Shown here: positions 56,811 through 64,000 of the stretch, one piece after another
How positions within the stretch are numbered: position 1 is the stretch's first letter
Layout of the letters: every line of letters starts with the position of its first letter
IMG/VR virus record: IMGVR_UViG_3300045988_067909
From: a virus
Reading direction: 5' to 3' (one strand)
DNA length: 64,000 nt
The notes under the pieces: model-generated
Database searches by the model: none
Told to the model about the DNA's origin: nothing
What the model saw: the letters and a program-made list of their open reading frames with translations, nothing else
Translations under genes and position numbers: made by a program

Positions 56811-57461
56811 ATGGAAAATTTTGAATCATATACTAAGATAAGCGAGGAAGTATTTGATTTTGGTAATAATCTAATTATGAAAATTACTGTAGCATTCAAT
56901 ACTACAACACTAAGAAATGGTAATACTAAGTTTAGCCCATTACATAATGAGTATACGATAGTTAATAGTGGTAATAAGATAACTACAAATCTTAGGTATA
57001 AGTATTACATGTCTTTAACACAACGTGGTAATAGTAATGTATCTATAGACTTGACTTGGGAGAACTATGATGAGTTCTGTGAGTTAATAGATACTATTCT
57101 TGAAGTCTGTGATGTAAATGCTGAGGGTTCACCATTTGACTACGTACGTGGTAAAGATGGTGTATCTTATGACTTAAGATGCAACTCTAATACAGTAAGA
57201 CCTATGCTTATGAAAGACTATCGAGGTGCATCATTATACTGTGTACCTGTGGTAATTGATAATAAGAAGACTGGGTCATTCTATGCTGGTGTAAGTTTTG
57301 TATTTAATGAGTCTTCTGAAGATTCATTCAATGTAACTATAAACCGCATCAAAGGATTTAAAAGATTCTTGTCTACATATAATCCATTATTACATGCTAG
57401 TACTATGGCTAAGTATATGGGCACAACTGGTTTACTTGGAACTAATAATATCTCACTATAG
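56811..57461 (+). CDS. hypothetical protein
   Basis: 216 aa ORF with TGGAGGAAG RBS. Confidence 0.5.
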   Translation: MENFESYTKISEEVFDFGNNLIMKITVAFNTTTLRNGNTKFSPLHNEYTIVNSGNKITTNLRYKYYMSLTQRGNSNVSIDLTWENYDEFCELIDTILEVCDVNAEGSPFDYVRGKDGVSYDLRCNSNTVRPMLMKDYRGASLYCVPVVIDNKKTGSFYAGVSFVFNESSEDSFNVTINRIKGFKRFLSTYNPLLHASTMAKYMGTTGLLGTNNISL

Positions 57462-57473
57462 ACAAAGAAATAT

Positions 57474-57509
57474 CCACTATGAGGAAATTCCTCATAGTGG
57501 GATTTTTCT
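57474..57509. terminator. bidirectional terminator
   Basis: CCACTATGAGGAAATTCCTCATAGTGG + GATTTTTCT; minus gene ends at 57511. Confidence 0.65.
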
Positions 57510-57510
57510 A

Positions 57511-58266
57511 TTATACTGTGTACATGATTGGCTGATTACCATTTGCTGGGTTGACATAGTTCTCTTGTAAGAACTGTACAATCTCTTCACGTCTTGAAGC
57601 CTGCTGTTCAAGAGAGGATAACTTAAGATCGATATTAGCAAATACTGTCTCAATACCATCAAAGTGTTTTAAGTATTCAAACAGCCAAGTTGCTACATCA
57701 GCTGTAGCCAATCGTTCAAATGTTTCCATCTTAGTTGGTTCAATGGTCATTAGGTTAGATGGGTGTTTAACAAATACACCTAGAGTCATTTGGTCTAGGA
57801 TATTAGATACTTGTCCAGCCATATTCATAGTTACACGAACCATATTAGGTGGAATGTATTCAACGTATACATTGTTATTAAACAAAGATGCAATGTTTGA
57901 ATATTGTTGAGATAGCATCATATCATCAAAGCTTAATGCTTTAGCTGACATAACGTATGTACCATATTGCTGTACACCAGTTCTTGTAGTGTCTAAGTCT
58001 TCCCACATAAGATCTTTAACACCAAGAATTTCATAGTTCTCTGGAATATGTCTATCAAGAAGATAATAGTCTCCACGTTGATCGTCTTTAGTCAACAAGA
58101 CTCTAATCATATGAGGGAAATATCTACTAAATGTAGATAGTGTATCTGGAATGATTACTTCACTAGCCCATTTATCTTTAGCTAGTTCAGGCGGTAATCC
58201 TAATGGCTTTGTACCTAGACGTCGTTCGATCTTATTAATGACGTCTGTCATTCTATTATATGCCAT
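57511..58266 (-). CDS. hypothetical protein (head/neck module)
   Basis: 251 aa ORF, AAAGGAGG RBS. Confidence 0.55.
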   Translation of the reverse strand: MAYNRMTDVINKIERRLGTKPLGLPPELAKDKWASEVIIPDTLSTFSRYFPHMIRVLLTKDDQRGDYYLLDRHIPENYEILGVKDLMWEDLDTTRTGVQQYGTYVMSAKALSFDDMMLSQQYSNIASLFNNNVYVEYIPPNMVRVTMNMAGQVSNILDQMTLGVFVKHPSNLMTIEPTKMETFERLATADVATWLFEYLKHFDGIETVFANIDLKLSSLEQQASRREEIVQFLQENYVNPANGNQPIMYTV

Positions 58267-58328
58267 GCCTATTTGCCTCCTTTAAGGGTTATTTTGGTTA
58301 TATATCATAATGTTGAGGTGATAGATTT

Positions 58329-59060
58329 ATGCGTATTTCTTATGAAGTGGCCTCTAGATTAATGAGGAAAGCTGCTATTAAAGTTTATCTTAAGTACAAC
58401 GGGATTATTAATCCATCCCACCCATACACCACATTACACGTTCTAGATACTCCATTACGAGAAGATCCTGATGCATATGCAAATACATCAGTATTTGGCA
58501 AGATCAGTGTAAGCTTACCAACCATATTCAAATATGGTGAAGATGAAGATACTATAGAACGGTATATAACCAGAGTCACTGAGATTACTTTACATGAGTT
58601 ATCTCATTGTGAACAAGCTCTAGACATTTATCAATTACATTTCCAGAATAGACTGGTTGATAAATGTGAAGCAGAGAATGAGTATAGAACTGGTACATTT
58701 ATGCTTAATAGGTTAGATGAGTTAACTAAACTATTAGGCTACCAAATAGATGTAGATTTTATAAAGACTTATTATGTAGACGAGTATTCTGATCATAAGA
58801 ACTTTGTCTACAGAAATCCTACTACATACCCTATATATTTAAACTATGTAATGCTAGGTGATATGACTAATATTCCTAGAGACTGTGATCTCTATACAGG
58901 ATTAAAAGAATTTGGTGATTTACCAGTAAGACGTAATGGTATATACATACCATCCCATAAACTCTTTGAGTACTATGGTGAAGTCTATGACAATTACTGG
59001 CCTATGGGTTGGAGATTTGTAACTCCAAATAAGATAGCTTTGATAGTAAAACCTAGGTAG
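58329..59060 (+). CDS. hypothetical protein
   Basis: 243 aa ORF, GAGGTG RBS. Confidence 0.5.
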   Translation: MRISYEVASRLMRKAAIKVYLKYNGIINPSHPYTTLHVLDTPLREDPDAYANTSVFGKISVSLPTIFKYGEDEDTIERYITRVTEITLHELSHCEQALDIYQLHFQNRLVDKCEAENEYRTGTFMLNRLDELTKLLGYQIDVDFIKTYYVDEYSDHKNFVYRNPTTYPIYLNYVMLGDMTNIPRDCDLYTGLKEFGDLPVRRNGIYIPSHKLFEYYGEVYDNYWPMGWRFVTPNKIALIVKPR

Positions 59061-59097
59061 AGTCATTGACTCTACCTAGATTCTTTTTTATTTTTTC
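59055..59097. terminator. bidirectional terminator
   Basis: GGTAGAGTCATTGACTCTACC + TAGATTCTTTTTTATTTTTTC. Confidence 0.65.
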
Positions 59098-59931
59098 TTA
59101 GAAATTCTTTTCGGCGTAGCTTCTGATTTCTTTTAAGATATAGTCTTCAGGTTTCATAACCAATGTAGAACCATCTTGGTTAAACATTTGGATTGTACCC
59201 TCTTTGGTAACAGCAACGCTATCATAAGAACTAATACCAAATGCTTCTGCCATAATATCTAAGTTAGCAGATTCAGTTTTAATGAAGTCTTTAACTTGTG
59301 GACAGTTAGTAATAGGGATAATAGAACCTTGGTAAGATTCTTCTACTATAACTTGATTACTATTTATAGAAGTTGTATCTACATCAGCAGATTCAGTAAT
59401 AAGTTTTTCTACATAAGCTACTTTATGGGAAGGATAGATTACACGGTCCCAAGTGATAACTTTAATATTTTTTACATAAGACTTACCACCATTAACTTGC
59501 ATAGTACCTAGAGCACGTAAACTGAAAGATGGTTTTTCGCCATCCATAAGGTCTCTATTAAAGTAATCACCGTATTGGTTATTAGTACCAGTAACGTGAG
59601 CTTTAATAAGATTACCTTCATTCCAGAGTTTAAGATATTTACAGCAAACTAATACTGGATCGATAGTTTGTTGACGGGATAACTCTTGGCTCATAGGGTG
59701 ACCTAATTCACCTTTAAGATTACCAGTTTCAAGAAGCTCCATAGCACGACTAGCACGCAATTCTGGCAATAAGTCATTAGGTAAGTAAATACGTCTATTA
59801 CGGTTTTGTACACCTAAGTCTTGTAAAATAGTTTGAGCAATGATCTTACCATTATTCTCAGACACAATTTCAGAAGATGCGATAGCCATAGGAGCTTCGT
59901 GGATAATGTATGGGATGTTTTTAATGGACAT
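59098..59931 (-). CDS. prohead core/maturation protease (T4 gp21-like)
   Basis: NRRIYLPNDLL and LKGELGHPMS parallel T4 gp21 NGRIYPKDIL and AFGELSHPSN (GEL-x-HP active-site His block). Confidence 0.65.
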   Translation of the reverse strand: MSIKNIPYIIHEAPMAIASSEIVSENNGKIIAQTILQDLGVQNRNRRIYLPNDLLPELRASRAMELLETGNLKGELGHPMSQELSRQQTIDPVLVCCKYLKLWNEGNLIKAHVTGTNNQYGDYFNRDLMDGEKPSFSLRALGTMQVNGGKSYVKNIKVITWDRVIYPSHKVAYVEKLITESADVDTTSINSNQVIVEESYQGSIIPITNCPQVKDFIKTESANLDIMAEAFGISSYDSVAVTKEGTIQMFNQDGSTLVMKPEDYILKEIRSYAEKNF

Positions 59932-60069
59932 CTATATAGTACCTCCGATTCTTCTTATGGGATTAAAATTAACTATATGTTTCCCTTATAAGTGCATTCT
60001 GGGTAAATTAATTAGAGAACCTATATATAATCATCAATTATTCATAGAAAGTGAGGGTAAAACGTAAAA

Positions 60070-61782
60070 ATGCTAAGACGACTAAGACAACGTAAAGCAT
60101 ACTTAGAAAGTAAGCGTAAACCTAGTGGGGTTATCATGGCTTATGCTTATGAGAAAGCCAGGAGAAATCCTACAGAGGAAAATTTGAAAATTGCAATCGA
60201 GAACCATTTAAACTTGGATGCTAACTTAGATGAATCAGTGGCTAAGTCTATTGGTTTATATCTTGATGCATTAGAGATTAATAACCCTGTACATGTAAAG
60301 AAATACTTTGGCCGAGTATTAGAAGGTGTACGTCGAGTACAAGATCCTGAACGTATCCGTAGAATTATGAAGAATATTCTTGCTAACCGTACAGATGCAA
60401 TCAATGAAAGTACTGAACTTACTAAGCATCAAAAAGATGCTTATATCCATGCTGTAGAAAAGATTCTTAATGAGGCTAATGCTCTATGTACTTATGACCG
60501 AGTTATTAAGAATCATACAATGATTAATAAACGTTTCAATACAGATAAGCTTATCTCTGAGAATGTATTCAATGAAGTACAATCTAAAGTATATGCTATT
60601 AAATTTGCTGAGTTGATTGATACTTACAAACTTCCTATCGAAGATAAGTATAAGATCACTCTAGAAAACTATTTCTATCTATTAGATAAGTATAACTGTG
60701 ATTATGATAGATATGCTGTACTAGAAGCTATTACTGGATACTTCTTCGTTAGAGATACTGATAATGTATTACAAGAAAGCTTTAGAAAGATTATCAAGCA
60801 TTCTTCCGTAGTTACTGAAGCTACTGAAGAAGATACTAATCATATCGATAAGGACTTCTATGATGACGGTGGTAATGAGTTACTCCGTAGTAATATTATC
60901 CGTACTTGGAGAGCATTAAAACTGGATAGTGATACTGGTTTCAAATATAAAGAGTTTATCATTAACTCTACTAAGCCAGAAGAGCTCGCTATGATTCTAT
61001 CCAAGAGCCTAGTTCTATCTGACTATATTCGTAAAGAAATCTTTGATTTGGTTGTAACTAAAATATCTTCTCTCCAAGAGGGTTATGATTACAATCAATT
61101 AGTAGCTATCTTCCGAGGATATGTAGAAGAACTAGAACGCCGTGATATGAAAGAATATCTTTACGTATTAGGTGAACTATACTATGCTTTGGAATGCGAT
61201 ATCAAAGGTATCTTTACTACACCTAGTAAGGCTAATCTAGATACTGCAGAAAAAGTACATATGGAAATGAGTTTCTTAGATACAGTTAAAGCTATTGGTG
61301 TAAAACTAGATAAGAAACTTACTGAGTTATCTGATAATGAAAAGATGGCTAGTCGTACTTTTGATGCAGCTATTAAGAACTTAATGTCTGCTGTAACTAA
61401 AGATACAGAAGATAATGCTAGGGAAGAAGTTATTGCTGATAAGTTTATCCCTAAAGCTTCTACTATTATTAAGCTTGCTATCACTACTGGTGTACTATAT
61501 ATGGTAGCACCAACGTTATCTGTAATTGGTTTATTCGGATGGTGGGTAACTAGACGTCAAGCATCTGCTGATGAACGTAGAAAACTTATGGATGAATTAG
61601 AAATCGAAATCAATATGTGTAACCGTTATCTTAAAGATGCCGAAGAAAAGAACCAATTAGAAAAGATTCGTAATCTTATGAAGATTAAACAAAAACTTAT
61701 CCGTGAAAAAGAAAAGCTTGGATATACTATGGTAGTTAAACATGGTGAAGCTATTAGTAAATCTAAAGACGAGGATGATTAA
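60070..61782 (+). CDS. hypothetical protein with C-terminal TM segment and coiled coil (possible prohead core/scaffold component)
   Basis: 570 aa; hydrophobic ITTGVLYMVAPTLSVIGLFGWWV near C-terminus; alternative ATG at 60136. Confidence 0.55.
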   Translation: MLRRLRQRKAYLESKRKPSGVIMAYAYEKARRNPTEENLKIAIENHLNLDANLDESVAKSIGLYLDALEINNPVHVKKYFGRVLEGVRRVQDPERIRRIMKNILANRTDAINESTELTKHQKDAYIHAVEKILNEANALCTYDRVIKNHTMINKRFNTDKLISENVFNEVQSKVYAIKFAELIDTYKLPIEDKYKITLENYFYLLDKYNCDYDRYAVLEAITGYFFVRDTDNVLQESFRKIIKHSSVVTEATEEDTNHIDKDFYDDGGNELLRSNIIRTWRALKLDSDTGFKYKEFIINSTKPEELAMILSKSLVLSDYIRKEIFDLVVTKISSLQEGYDYNQLVAIFRGYVEELERRDMKEYLYVLGELYYALECDIKGIFTTPSKANLDTAEKVHMEMSFLDTVKAIGVKLDKKLTELSDNEKMASRTFDAAIKNLMSAVTKDTEDNAREEVIADKFIPKASTIIKLAITTGVLYMVAPTLSVIGLFGWWVTRRQASADERRKLMDELEIEINMCNRYLKDAEEKNQLEKIRNLMKIKQKLIREKEKLGYTMVVKHGEAISKSKDEDD

Positions 61783-61784
61783 TA

Positions 61785-62447
61785 ATGAGCTTGTTAAAAT
61801 CAGAGATAGATCATCCATTATTTTTTAGTGATGATGATATATATGTAAACTTTGATAGATTTGACCGTGGCAAAGGATTCAACGTGTGTTTTATACTAGG
61901 CTATCCAGCATCTGGTAAGACAACACTATCATTTGAATTAGCTAAAAAGCATAATGCTGAATTATTGAATTTGGACGCTATAATCTATCCACAAAGTATT
62001 GATTGGTTAGTCGACTATTGTAAGAAGCACTATAAAACTTTTTATGAGTTTATTAATAAGAACCCTAAATACCTAAAGTTCATTTATACATGGGCAAGAG
62101 TATTTGCTGATGGGGAGAACCCTATGACCCCTGAAAAGAAGCAGCTTACTATTGAGCGTAGAAGATGGATTATTAAGATAATAGAATTTTGTATTTCTAA
62201 ATCACATAAGATAGTCATAGAGGGTGTAGATTTGTATCCTATATTTACAATACATCCAGAATTATGTGAATATCCTATAATTATTAAGGGTACTAGTAAA
62301 CTTACATCAATGCTCCGATATGTGAAACGAGACCTTGAATCTGGAGTAGGGGTACGAAATGTATTAGATCTAATAGAGATGTATGGGCAACAGTCAACCA
62401 AGTTAAATGATTTTAGAATAAATATGAGAGTTTTTATGAAAGGATAA
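61785..62447 (+). CDS. P-loop NTPase / kinase-like protein
   Basis: Walker A CFILGYPASGKTTLS near N-terminus, small size typical of AAA_33/nucleotide-kinase-like proteins. Confidence 0.6.
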   Translation: MSLLKSEIDHPLFFSDDDIYVNFDRFDRGKGFNVCFILGYPASGKTTLSFELAKKHNAELLNLDAIIYPQSIDWLVDYCKKHYKTFYEFINKNPKYLKFIYTWARVFADGENPMTPEKKQLTIERRRWIIKIIEFCISKSHKIVIEGVDLYPIFTIHPELCEYPIIIKGTSKLTSMLRYVKRDLESGVGVRNVLDLIEMYGQQSTKLNDFRINMRVFMKG

Positions 62448-62450
62448 TAT

Positions 62451-63491
62451 ATGGGATTCCTTGACGAACTAACTAATTCTATTATCCTTGAAGCAGAGGA
62501 TAATAAGAAGAAAAAAGATACCCCTGCTGAAGATGATGATACAATGGAACCAGATGTTCCTGAAGATGGAGATGAAGTTCCAGAAGATGATGACACTAAA
62601 GAAGAACCACCAGCAGATGATACAGCTGATGACGACACCGATGATGACGTTGAACCTGATGACGGGGACGATGAAGTTCCTACTGATGACGATGATACTG
62701 ATACCGGTGATGATGGTACAGATGGTGGGGATACTGCAGATGATACACCAGAAGATGATGGAGTAGAACCTGACGAAGGTGATGATATTCCAGCTGATGA
62801 TGACGGTGGGGATATTGCAGATAGAGCTGCTGATGGTGGAGATGATACTGGTGATGATATTGAACCTGATACTACCGAAGACGGTGAAGATGTACCATCC
62901 GAAGATGGAGATGATGCTCCAGACGCTGGTACTGACGACACTGGTGATGACACAGGTGATGGTGATGATATCGAACCAGATACTGGTGAAGATGGAGATG
63001 AAATTCCATCTGAAGATGGTGACGATGTACCTGATGCTGGAGGAGATGACGGTGGAGACACTGATGACTCTGGAGATGGTACAGGTGATACTGGTACTGA
63101 TGATGGTAGTACTGGTGGAGACCCTAAACTAGATACTGATATCAAAGCCATTGAAGATAACCTTTTCAACAATCTAAAACCAGAACAGAAAAATATAGCA
63201 ATAAAAGAACTTAAGACTAGATGGATGGATTTGTATGATCAAATCAATCGATTTATTACTAAGATCGATTATATTGCTAAGACCCCAGACAATATCAATA
63301 TAGTACTACGTGTGACTAAACTTACGCAACAATTACGTGATACAGTTGAACACTATATCATTAATACGTTTAGCACTAAGTCCTATATTGAGAATAAGTC
63401 TGAGCTATTTTACTCGCTGCTTATATTAGATAGACTTGTCAAACTACTTGCCACTACAGTTAAAGAAGACGATACAGAAAAAACTGAGTGA
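62451..63491 (+). CDS. highly acidic Asp/Glu/Gly/Thr-rich repeat protein with conserved C-terminal domain (scaffold-like)
   Basis: ~230 aa of DDGDD/GDDT repeats followed by ~110-aa non-repetitive helical C-terminus; positioned just upstream of candidate capsid gene as T4 gp22 is to gp23. Confidence 0.55.
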   Translation: MGFLDELTNSIILEAEDNKKKKDTPAEDDDTMEPDVPEDGDEVPEDDDTKEEPPADDTADDDTDDDVEPDDGDDEVPTDDDDTDTGDDGTDGGDTADDTPEDDGVEPDEGDDIPADDDGGDIADRAADGGDDTGDDIEPDTTEDGEDVPSEDGDDAPDAGTDDTGDDTGDGDDIEPDTGEDGDEIPSEDGDDVPDAGGDDGGDTDDSGDGTGDTGTDDGSTGGDPKLDTDIKAIEDNLFNNLKPEQKNIAIKELKTRWMDLYDQINRFITKIDYIAKTPDNINIVLRVTKLTQQLRDTVEHYIINTFSTKSYIENKSELFYSLLILDRLVKLLATTVKEDDTEKTE

Positions 63492-63589
63492 CCAGTCTGC
63501 CCTGTTTAGCTAATATAACAATATATTAAAATGCGCTAATTTGAGCATTAATGTTTAAATTAAACTATCCTGAAAGGAGACTACAAATA

Positions 63590-64000
63590 TGCCAGTTGTA
63601 GGTAATCAATCTAGCGATGTTGTATCCAGCCGTTCTTTCCATAAAGGTGCTGAATACGAATTCGCTAATGCCATTGTAGAAATGGCGGAAAATATCGCAA
63701 GCGAAACACAAACAGACTTCTTTACTGAGTCTGCTCGTTTAATGCGTAATAAGGACGCTGCTCGTGCCCTTAAAAACTTCTTCGTAAATGAATCTGCTGA
63801 TGCAGACGAATTTGCTGACAATCCAGCAGGTCTTCGTGACCACGAAATGATGATGGAACAACTTTTCGAAAATGACCGTCAAGGTATCTTGGAATATGCT
63901 TCCATCGGTTCTTACAACCCTGTAATGGGTCTTGTGTTACCTTTACACAAAAATATGATGATGAATAACGTTTTCGATAAAGGCGTTATTCCTAAAGCTG
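63590..64000 (+). CDS. partial gene (N-terminal 137 codons), candidate major capsid protein
   Basis: ATG after GAAAGGAG; not in ORF track because it runs off the window; strongest highly-expressed codon bias in the window (CGT, GCT, TTC, AAC, GAA); follows protease/scaffold-like genes. Confidence 0.5.

Noticed and set aside
62084-63172. 362-aa Ser/Pro-rich minus-strand ORF and two Met-rich plus-strand ORFs (62488, 62779)
   Set aside because: These are antisense or alternate-frame artefacts of the GAT/GGT/GAA-rich acidic repeat region of the 62451-63491 gene.

Overview
This window looks like 64 kb of a large, AT-rich, virulent dsDNA phage genome with a myovirus-like, possibly jumbo-phage-like, layout. 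It has strong Firmicutes-style Shine-Dalgarno sites (AAGGAGG 6-9 nt before each ATG), almost no intergenic space, and intrinsic terminator hairpins at nearly every transcription-unit boundary. No rRNA, tRNA, CRISPR array, integrase or transposase was found.

Gene content I can support from motifs:
- DNA metabolism: an SbcC/Rad50-like ATPase, dihydrofolate reductase, and a thymidylate synthase gene interrupted by a 287-nt ORF-less group I intron.
- Replication and transcription: a family-B DNA polymerase split into two distant genes on opposite strands, a phage-encoded multisubunit RNA polymerase beta-prime split into two genes, and an SF2 DEAH helicase.
- Virion and packaging: a large terminase, a T4 gp21-like prohead protease, a sheath-like and tube-like gene pair, and a partial, highly expressed candidate major capsid gene at the window end.
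- Other: a PC4-like ssDNA-binding protein and a radical-SAM/SPASM enzyme.

The most striking non-genic signal is a conserved ~60-90 bp promoter-like module (ATCGTAAAACT, a T-run, then TTGTATACTATAATGGTAATATCATGGTTATATATTTA). It recurs at least 15 times. Between 6.5 and 18.3 kb it turns the region into an array of independent terminator-promoter-RBS-ORF cassettes that carry unknown, partly GC-anomalous and paralogous genes.

Other items worth a second look:
- A translationally coupled rSAM-SPASM module.
- A BspA-type LRR protein fused to about 520 aa of Thr/Glu/His-rich tandem repeats.
- A cluster of eight small membrane proteins.
- A 600-bp structured non-coding region beside the terminase gene.
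- A family of sequence-conserved palindromic terminators.
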